Shown: positions 20,394 through 31,155, counted from the stretch's first letter. The stretch: DNA of 64,000 nt from Candidatus Aegiribacteria sp. (GCA_021108005.1 JAIORS010000191.1:6345-70344); one strand, 5' to 3'. Program-made: numbers and translations. The notes: generated by a model from the sequence alone, not told the origin.

Positions 20394-21608
20394 ATGCGAA
20401 TCTGTGATGTGAATAGCCTGTATTCCCCAACCGGGGGGGGTATACGGATATATCATGACAGAAAGCTGAATTACTTTTCTGAACATACCCGGCATACCGC
20501 TTCCCTTGTCATTCCCGGTAAGGATGACCGTATTATGTGCAGGGAAAGCGCAAAAATCTACACTGTGAAATCAATACCGATCTTCCGATCCGGATACCGC
20601 ATGATAGCTGACAGCGGAGGTCTCAATTCCGTTTTTCTCGATTACAGGCCTGATATTGTTGAGATAGGAAGTCCCTACCTGCTTCCAGCCCTTACAGCTA
20701 GGGCAATGGGGGCCTCCCCGGTACCTACGGTAGGTTTCTACCATTCGGATTTTCCCGACAGCTATATCAGCCCCTATGCAGGGAAGATATTCCCCTCAAA
20801 AATTGCTGAGAGATTGAAAAGGGCCGCAATAAGTCATGTGCGAAAACACTTCGGAAACATGACTGCCGTATTTGCCGCCTCAAGATGCATGCTTGCGAAG
20901 CTTCACGACGCTGGAATCAGAAGGCTGTTCTACACACCTCTGGGTGTTGATACGGATGTGTTTTCACCATCAGCCGGATCAAGCAGGTTCAGAAGGGAAA
21001 CCGGAGCCTCAGACAGGTCCAGACTCGTTCTGTATATGGCAAGACTGCATTCTGAGAAAGGACTGGACCTGCTGATGAAGGCCTACCCGCTTTTCAGAGA
21101 TCCTGGCACTATTAAGCTTGTCATAGGTGGACATGGGCCCCACGAAGGGCTGGTAGCGGAGTTCATTAAAAAGTATCCTGAAGTTCATCGACTGCCCTGG
21201 CAGAAGGGAAGGAATGCTGTAGCTGAAGCCATGGCATCCTCTGATGTATTCCTGGCCCTGGGCCGATATGAGACTTTCGGGCTTGCCGGCCTTGAAGCAA
21301 TAGCTTCAGGAACTGTACCCGTATTTCCGGATATGGGAGCTGCGGGTGAAATGGCGGCGTCACTCGGGCTACTGCCTCCTTTCGAAGCGGACAACCCCGA
21401 AAGCCTCGCGAAAGCCATCTCGGCAGCAATGGAAGTATTATCCAGTCGGGAAACCACTGAATACCTGAGGAATTATGCCGTTTCCAGGCACAGCTGGGTG
21501 GACGTTTTCAGGAGAATGGAAAAATTCTACGAGAGAATCATAGAAGCCTTCAATGATAATGACGTTGAAAGACTGGTTCCACCGGACAGTTGGTGGGAAG
21601 AGCCATGA
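20394..21608 (+). CDS. Glycosyltransferase family 4
   Basis: RLHSEKGLDLL...ETFGLAGLEAIASGTVPV (E-x7-E region). Confidence 0.8.
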   Translation: MRICDVNSLYSPTGGGIRIYHDRKLNYFSEHTRHTASLVIPGKDDRIMCRESAKIYTVKSIPIFRSGYRMIADSGGLNSVFLDYRPDIVEIGSPYLLPALTARAMGASPVPTVGFYHSDFPDSYISPYAGKIFPSKIAERLKRAAISHVRKHFGNMTAVFAASRCMLAKLHDAGIRRLFYTPLGVDTDVFSPSAGSSRFRRETGASDRSRLVLYMARLHSEKGLDLLMKAYPLFRDPGTIKLVIGGHGPHEGLVAEFIKKYPEVHRLPWQKGRNAVAEAMASSDVFLALGRYETFGLAGLEAIASGTVPVFPDMGAAGEMAASLGLLPPFEADNPESLAKAISAAMEVLSSRETTEYLRNYAVSRHSWVDVFRRMEKFYERIIEAFNDNDVERLVPPDSWWEEP

Positions 21609-22342
21609 AAAAGCTTCACCTGACGGTTCACGATGTTTCACCTGCCCACGAGGGTAAAATAAGACAGATTCATTCCACTCTCACGCAGCTGGGGGTTGTC
21701 AGGTACAGCATGCTTGTGGTTCCGGATTATCATGGAAAGTGGCCCCTTGATGAATTTCCAGAATTCTGCGGATGGCTCGAACAGCTTGCTGAAAACGGTG
21801 TGGAAATGGTTCTTCATGGTTACAGGCACGAAGGCAGCGATGCAGGCCTTGGGATCACGGACAAAATCAGATCCGCTCTTTTCACAAGAAACGAAGGGGA
21901 ATTTCTGGGCCTTGATGAGAAAAACGCGGAGAAACTTCTGGAAACGGGCCGGGAGGTTCTTAAGAGGGTTCTTGGTATTGAAGTGCAAGGTTTTGTCGCC
22001 CCCGCATGGTTCAATAGCCGCGGAACCATTGCCGCGTTGAAGAAGTCAGGATTTACATTTACGGAGAACAGGCTGCGTATCTGGAATCCCGAAACCGGAC
22101 GGACGATCCTTAGAATGCCAGTTGTGAATTACGCCGGTGGAGGGTTGTTGAAAAGAACACTTGCGGCTTTCTGGGTCAGAGTCTCCGGTATAATACTCAG
22201 CAGATCGGGGACGGTTAGATTCGCCATTCATCCGGGGGATTTTGAGGTTGATGCTGTGAAAAAAGCAGTTCGGAAGCGGTTGGAGATTTTTCTCAGGAGA
22301 CGGGAATCGATCATCTTTAAGGATATCAAGCCTGCGCCATAA
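21605..22342 (+). CDS. DUF2334-like polysaccharide-deacetylase-fold protein
   Basis: HDVSP...VVPDYHG...LHGYRHE pattern. ATG overlaps the GT4 stop (ATGA). Confidence 0.45.
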   Translation: MKKLHLTVHDVSPAHEGKIRQIHSTLTQLGVVRYSMLVVPDYHGKWPLDEFPEFCGWLEQLAENGVEMVLHGYRHEGSDAGLGITDKIRSALFTRNEGEFLGLDEKNAEKLLETGREVLKRVLGIEVQGFVAPAWFNSRGTIAALKKSGFTFTENRLRIWNPETGRTILRMPVVNYAGGGLLKRTLAAFWVRVSGIILSRSGTVRFAIHPGDFEVDAVKKAVRKRLEIFLRRRESIIFKDIKPAP

Positions 22343-22481
22343 TGTCACCGTGAGTAGTTATCGGATTCTCCAGTTACTATATACGCACAATTCGCGACGG
22401 AAATATTCTTGCTTATATTTGTATTCGATAATTCGATAAAGAAAACAGATTTTGTAATTACATCGAAGAAAAGGACAAAAA

Positions 22482-23171
22482 ATGTATCTGGGATTTGTAG
22501 ACATGAACGCGGGTTTTCTTATTATCATCGCTGCGATGATAATTGGGCTCATAGCCCGATCGAAGGTTACCGGCACTTACAATAAGTTCAGCAGGATAAG
22601 TACTGGAAAGGGGCTATCCGGCGCAAGGATGGCCAGGGAAATTCTGGACAGCTACGGGCTTGCCAATATCGATATACAGGAGATCGGCGGCAGGCTTACC
22701 GATCATTACGATTCCCGGAACAGCGTACTGCGTCTTTCACAGAGTGTTTACAGTGGAACTTCGATCGCGTCAGTTGGCGTAGCAGCCCATGAAGCAGGGC
22801 ATGCCGTTCAGGACGCGATGGGCTACAGTCCTTTTCAGCTTCGTCAGAAACTGGTGCCTGTTGCAAACCTTGGTTCCCAGATGCTGTTTCCGCTGATAAT
22901 CGGCGGATTATTATTTCATATGACCTCACTATACTATATTGGAGCCGCGCTCTACGGGGCAGCCCTTCTTTTTCAGGTAGTGACGCTCCCTGTGGAATTT
23001 GATGCCAGCAAACGGGCGGTAGTCTATCTGCAGAAAAGCGGCAGCATGACTACGGAAGAGCTTTCCGGCGTTAAGAAGGTACTTGGCGCTGCAGCGATGA
23101 CATATGTAGCAGCCGCGCTTGCTTCCCTGGGTCAGATGATCTGGCTGTTGCTTGCCGGCAGGAGAAGATAA
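22482..23171 (+). CDS. Membrane zinc metallopeptidase, YugP-type (Zn_peptidase_2)
   Basis: N-terminal TM, HEAGHAVQ motif, C-terminal TM helices. Confidence 0.75.
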   Translation: MYLGFVDMNAGFLIIIAAMIIGLIARSKVTGTYNKFSRISTGKGLSGARMAREILDSYGLANIDIQEIGGRLTDHYDSRNSVLRLSQSVYSGTSIASVGVAAHEAGHAVQDAMGYSPFQLRQKLVPVANLGSQMLFPLIIGGLLFHMTSLYYIGAALYGAALLFQVVTLPVEFDASKRAVVYLQKSGSMTTEELSGVKKVLGAAAMTYVAAALASLGQMIWLLLAGRRR

Positions 23172-23803
23172 TGGGTATAGAAACTCCATTCATCATTGTT
23201 CTTGTATTCTTCAGCGTTGTATGTCATGAAATTGCCCACGGGTACGTTGCCCTTAAGCTGGGCGATCCCACCGCCTACAGGGCTGGAAGGCTGACATTCA
23301 ACCCTGTTTCGCACATCGATCCGATAGGAACGATAATGCTTCCCGCCCTGTTTCTTATAACCAACAGTCCCATCATGCTGGCATGGGCCAAGCCCGTACC
23401 GGTTAATCCGGGCTTTTTCAGAAATCCAAAGACAGGCATGATGTGGGTCGCGATTGCGGGACCGGCGACTAATTTTGCTATTGCTCTTGTACTTACACTG
23501 CTTCTCCATCTTCTGGGAAGCGCCATGCCTGCTATACTTATGCACAGCCTGGCAATGGCCGCGCTTATGAATATTGTGTTGATGGTTTTCAACCTCCTGC
23601 CCATTCCTCCACTTGACGGCAGCAGGATAGTGGCGAGGTTTCTCAACGGGCAGGCTCTGTACAACTATAGAAAGCTAGAGAGATTTGGTCTTTTCATAGT
23701 GTTCGGGCTGTTATGGCTGGGTGTTATTTCGAGTATTCTTTATCCCGCTCTGAACTTCGCTGTCCGCCATCTTGATCTTTACCAGTACCTCCCCCGTTTC
23801 TAG
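23171..23803 (+). CDS. Site-2 protease family (M50) membrane metallopeptidase
   Basis: HEIAHGYVA motif in a TM helix, LPIPPLDGSRIV second motif. Confidence 0.8.
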   Translation: MGIETPFIIVLVFFSVVCHEIAHGYVALKLGDPTAYRAGRLTFNPVSHIDPIGTIMLPALFLITNSPIMLAWAKPVPVNPGFFRNPKTGMMWVAIAGPATNFAIALVLTLLLHLLGSAMPAILMHSLAMAALMNIVLMVFNLLPIPPLDGSRIVARFLNGQALYNYRKLERFGLFIVFGLLWLGVISSILYPALNFAVRHLDLYQYLPRF

Positions 23804-24758
23804 GGTCAGGTCTTGCATCCGGGCATTATTATCGTATAATATACATATGACTAGACAATTACGCATTAAAATCCCTGGCGGACTGTATCATATTTACTCC
23901 CGTGGTATAGATCGGAGTGATATCTTCAAAGATAATAACGACAGGGACAAATTTCTGGAGATACTGCAGAACAGCATCAGTAATTCAGGCTGGAGGTGTT
24001 ATGCCTACTGTCTCATGAACAACCATTACCATATCCTGATAGAATCAGCAGATGGAGATACTTCTCGCGGAATGCATCAATTGAACAGTGTCTACGCCCA
24101 GTATTTTAACTGGAAGCATGAACGCGTGGGGCCACTCTTCCAGGGCAGATTCAGATCTATATTGGTTGACAGGGAGAATTACTTTTTGGAATTATGTAGG
24201 TATATAGTACTTAACCCGGTAAGGGCAGGAGCGGCGAAATCCCCTGAAGAGTATTATTGGAGCAGTTACAGAGTTACATCAGGACTTGATAATCAGGAAA
24301 CCTGCATCGATAGAGAGTTTGTGCTTTCCCGATTTGCCGGAGATAACGATTCAGACGCATCTGCAAGGGCTGCATATTCACAGTTTGTTTACGAAGGTCT
24401 TGACAAGGATTTTTCTCCATTTGAAATAAAGGGTGATTTGATTCTGGGAGACAGAAAATTTGTAGAATCCCTGAAGGAAGAAATCGAGAAGGAAAAAGAC
24501 AATACTGATTTTCCTAAGTTTCAGAGAACAGCGCATCGCCCAGATCTTGTGGAACTACTTGATCCCCTGACTGTTTCTTTAAGAGAGACGCGCAATGCGG
24601 CTGTGGGAGAAGCGTACAGTATATTCGGTTATACACAGAAAGAAATTGCAGGATTACTAGGTATTAATGTTTCAACTGTATATCGAATTCTAAAGAGTAT
24701 ATGATTATTAATAGTTAAAATAAAATGATAATAATGCCCGGATGCAAGACCTGACCCC
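23803..24758. mobile_element. RAYT/IS200-like element: single transposase gene bounded by perfect 30-bp terminal inverted repeats
   Basis: GGGTCAGGTCTTGCATCCGGGCATTATTAT at 23804-23833 and its exact reverse complement at 24728-24757. Inserted between the M50 stop codon and the RBS of the next gene. Confidence 0.7.
23847..24704 (+). CDS. REP-associated tyrosine transposase-like protein (IS200-like HuH domain + C-terminal DnaA-type HTH)
   Basis: GGLYHIYSRG, NNHYHILIE (HuH motif), EEYYWSSY tyrosine region, C-terminal GYTQKEIAGLLGINVSTVYRILK HTH. ORF track starts at 23772, but the ATG at 23847 gives the conserved N-terminus. Confidence 0.8.
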   Translation: MTRQLRIKIPGGLYHIYSRGIDRSDIFKDNNDRDKFLEILQNSISNSGWRCYAYCLMNNHYHILIESADGDTSRGMHQLNSVYAQYFNWKHERVGPLFQGRFRSILVDRENYFLELCRYIVLNPVRAGAAKSPEEYYWSSYRVTSGLDNQETCIDREFVLSRFAGDNDSDASARAAYSQFVYEGLDKDFSPFEIKGDLILGDRKFVESLKEEIEKEKDNTDFPKFQRTAHRPDLVELLDPLTVSLRETRNAAVGEAYSIFGYTQKEIAGLLGINVSTVYRILKSI

Positions 24759-24769
24759 AGGAGGCTATT

Positions 24770-26260
24770 TTGATTTTTTTGATGATTTTTCTTACTATTT
24801 CCGGTGATGTGTACGATGATACTCCTCTGACTATCAACCCTGATCCTTCATACGTTCAGGGAACTTACGAAGAATGGATGCAGGGCCAGCCTGAATATCA
24901 GCCTTTGCGCGTAACAACTATTGCCGGAACCGACGGAGCTGATTTTGTACTTATCTTCGAAGAAGGGCTTACAGACAGCCTTAATGCCGGGCTCCTTGAC
25001 CAGTGGACAGCGGATATCGCTTCACAGGGGCTATCATTTGAGGTAATAGAGGTTACTTACAGCACACCAGAGGATTTGAAATCGTACATTACATCCCAAT
25101 ATGCCGAAGGTCTTGAGGGAGCTGTACTCATAGGGAACCTTCCCGTCCCCTGGAGTGCTCTTGAAGACGCATACAAGCAGACCGGATCGGTTTTCCCCAG
25201 CGATTACTTTTACATGGATCTCGATGGTTACTGGGGAGATAACTGGATAGGGTATCCTTTCCTGAACAATCCCGGTCAGGATGGGAAGTACGATACCTTC
25301 AGCGGAAGCCTTGACCCTGAGATATATGTAGGGAGAATTAAAATTGATAATCTCTCGCAGGTTGGAGATCCCACCGAAATCCTGAATGATTACGTGGAGA
25401 GGAATCATGAATGGAGATTAAACGGAGATCCTGAACCCCTGAACGCTCTGTGTTATGTCGATGATGACTGGGCATACTTCGGTTCAGGATATCGGAATTC
25501 CATGCAGTACCTTTACCCTAATACAGAACTTGTAAACAACGAAGCTGCAACGAATGGTACCGATTATCTTGAAAACAAGCTTCCCGGGAACTACGTATGG
25601 ATAAGCCCATTTGTTCATTCAAATCCCGGAGGTCACTACTGGTCTCCCGGCCCTACAACGTTTTGGAATGATCTGGTTCCAGCCTTGCCCCAGGCTCATT
25701 TCTACAATCTGTTCGCCTGCTCTAACTGCCGATTCACTACCGTGCATTGCATGGGAGCGGTATACGCGTTCTGCACCTCAACTGGCCTGGCATCGATAGG
25801 CAGCACAAAAAGCGGTGCTATGCTGCACTTCACCCCTTTCTATTCACCCCTCGGTCTCGGAGAATCATTGGGAGAATCGTACCGTGACTGGTGGAGTTAC
25901 ATTACCATTGGTGGCTTTACTCCAAGTGAGATGTCATGGCATCTTGGAATGGTTCTGCTTGGTGATCCAACGTTGATACCTGCTATGCATATGCTTGGGA
26001 TTGAGGACGAGAGCAGCTACACCGACCTTGCGGAAATAGCGTTTTCCCGCAATCCATGTTGCGGGGTATTATCCGTTTCCTATCCGGCTGATCGTGGTGA
26101 TGTGGAAATATACGATACTTCGGGCAGACTTGTGGCTATCGGCAGAATTGAAGATTCTGCATGCACCATACAGGTTTCCTCGTTGAGCGCAGGCTGTTAC
26201 ATTGTCCGTGTTACTACGGATAGCACTACATCATCAGCGTCTGTCGTAATTCTTAAATAA
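24770..26260 (+). CDS. T9SS C-terminal-domain protein, possibly clan CD (C25/gingipain-like) cysteine peptidase
   Basis: AGGAGG RBS then TTG start. Candidate His (NPGGHYW) and Cys (NLFACSN) dyad. C-terminal ~70 aa T9SS sorting domain (CCGVLSVSYP...CYIVRVTTDS). N-terminal hydrophobic segment is short for a signal peptide. Confidence 0.45.
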   Translation: MIFLMIFLTISGDVYDDTPLTINPDPSYVQGTYEEWMQGQPEYQPLRVTTIAGTDGADFVLIFEEGLTDSLNAGLLDQWTADIASQGLSFEVIEVTYSTPEDLKSYITSQYAEGLEGAVLIGNLPVPWSALEDAYKQTGSVFPSDYFYMDLDGYWGDNWIGYPFLNNPGQDGKYDTFSGSLDPEIYVGRIKIDNLSQVGDPTEILNDYVERNHEWRLNGDPEPLNALCYVDDDWAYFGSGYRNSMQYLYPNTELVNNEAATNGTDYLENKLPGNYVWISPFVHSNPGGHYWSPGPTTFWNDLVPALPQAHFYNLFACSNCRFTTVHCMGAVYAFCTSTGLASIGSTKSGAMLHFTPFYSPLGLGESLGESYRDWWSYITIGGFTPSEMSWHLGMVLLGDPTLIPAMHMLGIEDESSYTDLAEIAFSRNPCCGVLSVSYPADRGDVEIYDTSGRLVAIGRIEDSACTIQVSSLSAGCYIVRVTTDSTTSSASVVILK

Positions 26261-26279
26261 TTCAGAAGTGATAAAAATG

Positions 26280-26304
26280 GGGGACATGCCGAACGCATGT
26301 CCCC
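26280..26304 (-). terminator. Rho-independent terminator between convergent genes
   Basis: GGGGACATGC-cgaac-GCATGTCCCC perfect 10-bp stem. On the minus strand it is followed by catttttat, so it mainly serves the 26313..27914 gene. Confidence 0.6.
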
Positions 26305-26312
26305 GAAAAAAT

Positions 26313-27914
26313 CTACAATTCAGTCCAAGTGCCCGGGTCTTCGGGCAATTTGTCCAGAATGTCTTCATTTATAACCATGCCGTACTTCTCTTCCAGTTCA
26401 CGTATGATATTTATCGTGGTCTGTTCCTCAAGTTTGTTTCTGGTCATTACATACAGCTCATCCTCAACCTCGTCGAAGTTTGCGTTTCGCTCAGGAACAA
26501 CTTCAATCAACCTGAATATGCACAGTTGGGTTCCGCTGTACAGTTCCAGAGGTCCCAGCCACGTGGTTGTGTCGGTGGGATCCATAAGGAAGACATCATT
26601 ACCATGATAACCGGGAACATCACCGAGTAACAACGGTCTGGTTATCTGAGGGTGAGCTGAATCAGCAGCAAGGTTTTCGAACCCCGGCAATTGAAGATGG
26701 TACTGTTCTCTTTCATCGGTGGTCATTTGACGGTATACATCTATAGAATCGCCGGGCATATGAGCAGCCTGCAGAATCCTCTTTTCGGGAATGGTCAATG
26801 GCTCCTCCAGGTTTTCGAAAAGGTACTCCATATCTTCCTGCGTAACATTCACGGTTGATTGAATTCGATCTTCGTAAAACAGATCGGATGCCATATCAAG
26901 GAGGTTTTTCTCCGACTCAGCGTAAAGAGAATCAATGATTTCGGGAGATTCACTTTCAAGGATACCACGGCAGTAACTGTTGTAATGAAGGAATTCAACA
27001 AAAACAAATATCCAGTTCACATCGGTAGGATCTACCGAATATCGGTTCCGGTAGTACGAAATTTCATTCTTCAGATCAAGGGCAGTCCAGCTGCCCAGAT
27101 CTGATTCCAGTATAACGATCTCGTCAGCCGGAGGCTCAGCTTCCTCTACGTAGTAGAGCCTTAACTGCTGCAGTGCGGTTGAGTCCAAATTCATGTTGTA
27201 ATCAGTCTGAATAGACAGCTTGAGATTGTCTTCTGTCTCCTGAAATCTTCTGTTTGCGATTGCATTCGCGGCATCAGATCGAACAGCAGCCGTATCTGCA
27301 AGAGCCCGGGCAATACGAGATGAATCTGCAGTTACTGCTGAATCGAGCCTGACTTCGATTCCACTGAGAGTAATACCGCTTTCCCCTATGTCCAGCGTAT
27401 CAATAAGTTTGGCCATCTCCGCTGGGAGTTCCGGAAGATGAACCGGACCGGTAACTTCCTCTGTATCACTGCCGGGATTCACTGTAAATAGGACTGTTCT
27501 ACCCAGATGACCTACGAAGAAATCTATCTCATCTTCACCAACATTTTCCAGTTCTATCTCGAAAAGAGATCTCCTTGCGGCTTCGCCGCACTTCTGATTC
27601 ATCCATGCGCTTCTGTATGCTAGCAGAAAAGCATCATCCATATATCCCGCTGCCTCAAGCTCGTTCTCCAGAAGAGCCTTTCTACCACGGGTAACAATGT
27701 ATTCACCGACGGTGTTGTTCTTCGATATGAACAGTTCTCTCTGGTTGTCATTCATGCTGTTCCAGGTTTCTCCGGCATCACCAACAGTAAGTGTGTCTTC
27801 CCCAATAGCTATCAACCATGTAGTGCTGTCGACCCTGGTTCCCGAGCATCCACTTAAAAACGCGAGGACAATTAACGTAATAAACACTATTGCTGATGTG
27901 TTAATGAACTTCAA
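26313..27914 (-). CDS. Hypothetical lipoprotein, possibly SurA/PpiD-like periplasmic chaperone without a PPIase domain
   Basis: Signal peptide plus LSGCS lipobox. Only weak resemblance to SurA N-domain helices. Confidence 0.35.
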   Translation of the reverse strand: MKFINTSAIVFITLIVLAFLSGCSGTRVDSTTWLIAIGEDTLTVGDAGETWNSMNDNQRELFISKNNTVGEYIVTRGRKALLENELEAAGYMDDAFLLAYRSAWMNQKCGEAARRSLFEIELENVGEDEIDFFVGHLGRTVLFTVNPGSDTEEVTGPVHLPELPAEMAKLIDTLDIGESGITLSGIEVRLDSAVTADSSRIARALADTAAVRSDAANAIANRRFQETEDNLKLSIQTDYNMNLDSTALQQLRLYYVEEAEPPADEIVILESDLGSWTALDLKNEISYYRNRYSVDPTDVNWIFVFVEFLHYNSYCRGILESESPEIIDSLYAESEKNLLDMASDLFYEDRIQSTVNVTQEDMEYLFENLEEPLTIPEKRILQAAHMPGDSIDVYRQMTTDEREQYHLQLPGFENLAADSAHPQITRPLLLGDVPGYHGNDVFLMDPTDTTTWLGPLELYSGTQLCIFRLIEVVPERNANFDEVEDELYVMTRNKLEEQTTINIIRELEEKYGMVINEDILDKLPEDPGTWTEL

Positions 27915-27968
27915 TATTTTTCCTTCCTGTCTCCTGTTTTCGTTACAAATTCGTGCAAGCCGGTTATA

Positions 27969-29633
27969 TCAGAGAACCGTATTTGGTATGTACTCGCCGA
28001 ATTCTTCACGAAGAACACCACATATTTCTCCGAGTGTTGCATAGGAGTGTACGGCCTGCAGTATGAACGGCATAAGGTTTTCGGTTGTATTCGCAGCATT
28101 ACCGAGGGACTTAAGGTTATCTTGTACTGCACCGTTATCACGGTTTTCTCTGATATCCAAAAGCTTAGCGAATTGAGCTTTCTCAACCGAAGGATCAACC
28201 TTGAGAAGTCCCTCCGGTGGTTTCTCTTCGATTTCGTACATGTTTACCCCGACAACGATGCGATCGGAGTTTTCTATTTCCCTCTGGTAACTGTATGCCG
28301 ATTCCTGAATCTGACGCTGGGGATATCCCTCTTCTATTGCCTGAACCATTCCACCGAGGGAATCGATTCTGTTTATGTGATCTATGGCTTCCGTTTCTAT
28401 TCTGTCTGTAGCTTCCTCAACGAAGTAACTACCTGCGAGAGGATCTACGGTGTTCGCAACTCCTGATTCGTTAGCGACTATCTGCTGAGTTCTGAGAGCA
28501 ATCCGTACGGCATGTTCCGATGGAAGCGCAAGCGCTTCATCCCGGCTGTTGGTATGAAGGCTCTGTGTACCCCCAAGCACGGCGGCAAGAGTCTGAATTG
28601 CGACTCTTACAATATTGTTATCGGGCTGCTGGGCGGTAAGAGTAGAACCACCCGTTTGAGTATGAAATCGCAGCATCATGCTTTTTGCCTTTAGTGCGCC
28701 GAATCTATCTTTCATTATTCTTGCCCATAGTCTTCGGGCAGCCCTGAACTTCGCAATTTCCTCAAGAAGATCGTTATGGGCATTGAAGAAAAAACTGATT
28801 CTGGGAGCGAAATCATCAACCTTGAGACCGGCTTTTATTGCCGCTTCAACATAGGCGATACCATCAGCAATAGTAAACGCAACCTCCTGGGATGCGGTAC
28901 TTCCCGCCTCCCTTATATGGTAGCCGGAGACGCTGATTGTGTTCCACTTGGGAACGCTTCTGCTGCAGAAACTGAATATATCCGTTATCAGTCTCATTGA
29001 ATGACCCGGTGGAAATATGTAAGTTCCCCTGGCCATGTACTCCTTGAGTATATCATTCTGAATTGTGCCCCTGAGTTTTTCGGCGGGAATGGATTGTTTT
29101 TCTGCCACTGCGATGTACATTGCCAGAAGAACGGCTGCAGGCGCATTGATAGTCATGGATGTGGAGACTGTGTCCATTGGAATATCCCTGAAAAGTATCT
29201 CCATATCTGACAGACTGTCTATCGCTACACCCACCTTCCCAACTTCCCCCGCGCATAGGGGGTGATCGGAATCGTATCCTATCTGTGTAGGGAGGTCGAA
29301 AGCCACTGACAGGCCTGTCTGGCCCTGTTCGAGCAGGTAACGGTACCGTTTGTTGGATTCCTCGGCGCTTCCGAAACCGGCGTACTGGCGCATGGTCCAA
29401 AAACGACCACGATACATGGTTGGCTGAACACCTCTTGTATAGGGATATTCGCCGGGAAAACCCAGTTTCTCAAGATATTCGTTTCCGGGTTTCTCAGGGA
29501 AACAGATCCTTTCTACTGGATCTCCGGAGCCAGTACCGAAAACATCCTTCCTTTCGGGGTGTTTCTCAAGCGCAGGATCGAGAATTCTTTCCTTCCAGGC
29601 TTTCTTCTCTTTAATAAATCTGCTTTCACTCAT
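27969..29633 (-). CDS. Acyl-CoA mutase catalytic (large) subunit, methylmalonyl/isobutyryl-CoA mutase family, with no fused B12-binding domain
   Basis: [61 protein letters not shown] is the mutase TIM-barrel signature. 554 aa corresponds to the substrate-binding domain only. Confidence 0.85.
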   Translation of the reverse strand: MSESRFIKEKKAWKERILDPALEKHPERKDVFGTGSGDPVERICFPEKPGNEYLEKLGFPGEYPYTRGVQPTMYRGRFWTMRQYAGFGSAEESNKRYRYLLEQGQTGLSVAFDLPTQIGYDSDHPLCAGEVGKVGVAIDSLSDMEILFRDIPMDTVSTSMTINAPAAVLLAMYIAVAEKQSIPAEKLRGTIQNDILKEYMARGTYIFPPGHSMRLITDIFSFCSRSVPKWNTISVSGYHIREAGSTASQEVAFTIADGIAYVEAAIKAGLKVDDFAPRISFFFNAHNDLLEEIAKFRAARRLWARIMKDRFGALKAKSMMLRFHTQTGGSTLTAQQPDNNIVRVAIQTLAAVLGGTQSLHTNSRDEALALPSEHAVRIALRTQQIVANESGVANTVDPLAGSYFVEEATDRIETEAIDHINRIDSLGGMVQAIEEGYPQRQIQESAYSYQREIENSDRIVVGVNMYEIEEKPPEGLLKVDPSVEKAQFAKLLDIRENRDNGAVQDNLKSLGNAANTTENLMPFILQAVHSYATLGEICGVLREEFGEYIPNTVL

Positions 29634-30727
29634 TAAGGAACCCTTCCTTCGGGATTGTAATCCCTTGCTTTCTCTTCATCCCGGAGAACTCGGAGGGCAC
29701 CGAGAGCCAGAGCCTCCATTTCTTTCTCTCCTGGATATATCATTACATCAGCTATGAAATTAATACGCTTCGTAATCCAGCTGATGAAGTTCTTGTCGTA
29801 AGCTATGCCGCCGGTTATCACTATCGCGTCGACGTTACCTTCAAAGACAGTTGCGAGAGCTCCTATTTCCTTGGAAATCTGGTATGCCATAGCTTCGTAA
29901 ACAATTTCATACTCGCTGTTCCCATTCTCAATTTCCTTTTCGACTGCCATCATATCGTTAGTTCCCAGGTAGGCAACGATTCCTCCGGCCCCCTTGATCA
30001 TTTTCTTGATCTCGGCGTGAGTTCGTTTCCCGCTGAAGCAGAGTTCTACCAGATCACCTACAGGGAGGCCTCCTGACCGCTCCGGAGTGAAGGGCCCGTC
30101 TCCGTTGAGGGCGTTGTTGACGTCTATTATTATTCCATTCTTATGGGCGCCTACGGAAATACCACCGCCCAGATGAACCACAATCAGGTTCAGTTCGTGA
30201 TAATCTCTTCCAAGATCGCCAGCCGCTTTTCTTGCTACTGCTTTCTGGTTCAGCGCATGGAGGATAGACCTTCTCGGGAGATCGGGATGACCCGATAACC
30301 TCGCAATAGGCTCCAATTCATCAACAACAACAGGATCTACGATGAATGCGGGACAATTAGCTGTAATTGAAAGCTCCCTCGCGATAGGAGCGCCGAGGTT
30401 AGAGACATGTTCGCCCTGTACCTCGTTGCGAAGATCTTCGATGAGTTTGTCGCTTACGGAATAGGTTCCTCCTTCAAGTGGATACAAAACACCGCCCCGA
30501 CCGACTATGGCATCGAAGTCTGAAATGTTGTAATCGGCCTTGGCAAGTTCGTTCAGTATAACGCCTTTTCTGAATTCGTATTGAGCGAAGATATGATCGA
30601 ATTCAGAAAGGTCATCATTTGAATGGGTTATCTTGATTGACCAGACTTCCTTTTCATTCTGGAAAACAGATATCTTGGTTGATGTTGAACCTGGGTTGAT
30701 GGCTAGAATCCTGCTGGTTTCTGACAT
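29633..30727 (-). CDS. buk: Butyrate kinase
   Basis: [17 protein letters not shown]-terminus, ASKHG-fold motifs ([11 protein letters not shown]). Confidence 0.9.
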   Translation of the reverse strand: MSETSRILAINPGSTSTKISVFQNEKEVWSIKITHSNDDLSEFDHIFAQYEFRKGVILNELAKADYNISDFDAIVGRGGVLYPLEGGTYSVSDKLIEDLRNEVQGEHVSNLGAPIARELSITANCPAFIVDPVVVDELEPIARLSGHPDLPRRSILHALNQKAVARKAAGDLGRDYHELNLIVVHLGGGISVGAHKNGIIIDVNNALNGDGPFTPERSGGLPVGDLVELCFSGKRTHAEIKKMIKGAGGIVAYLGTNDMMAVEKEIENGNSEYEIVYEAMAYQISKEIGALATVFEGNVDAIVITGGIAYDKNFISWITKRINFIADVMIYPGEKEMEALALGALRVLRDEEKARDYNPEGRVP

Positions 30728-30801
30728 TCTACTCCTATCTTAATAATATGCTTATATACTTGAGCATTATACTAATTCACTGAAGCTGGAATGCCAAGAA
30801 T

Positions 30802-31155
30802 ATGAAAAAAAGTAACTCCGCCTTGATCGAAGAGCTAAAATTTGTCCTGAAACGCATGAACAGGCTCAGGGAAGCATTCAGGATTGAAAAGGAAGAAGCA
30901 CTTGAGAATACTGATATTGAATCCCTGAAGAAGCTCAGAGAACGTTCTAAATTCATTTATCAGCTTAGTATAAACGAATGCTTAAGAGAGATAACGATGC
31001 TGAAGAACTGCATCTCTTCGGATCAGCCGGGGATGGAGGAAGCTGATGACCTTGCGGAGCTGTGCCGTTCGGAAGCCATGCAGCTTAAGGCGCACATATC
31101 TTCTGCGCCCAACCGGCTCATTCGCGCAATCAAAGCACGGGAATTCAGGAACTGA
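30802..31155 (+). CDS. Hypothetical coiled-coil protein
   Basis: ORF only; no recognisable motif. Confidence 0.3.
   Translation: MKKSNSALIEELKFVLKRMNRLREAFRIEKEEALENTDIESLKKLRERSKFIYQLSINECLREITMLKNCISSDQPGMEEADDLAELCRSEAMQLKAHISSAPNRLIRAIKAREFRN

Noticed and set aside
24759-24800. T9SS cargo gene 5'-truncated by the RAYT element
   Set aside because: A strong AGGAGG RBS sits 5 nt before the TTG start immediately outside the right IR. The gene start appears intact even though the N-terminal hydrophobic segment is a weak signal peptide.
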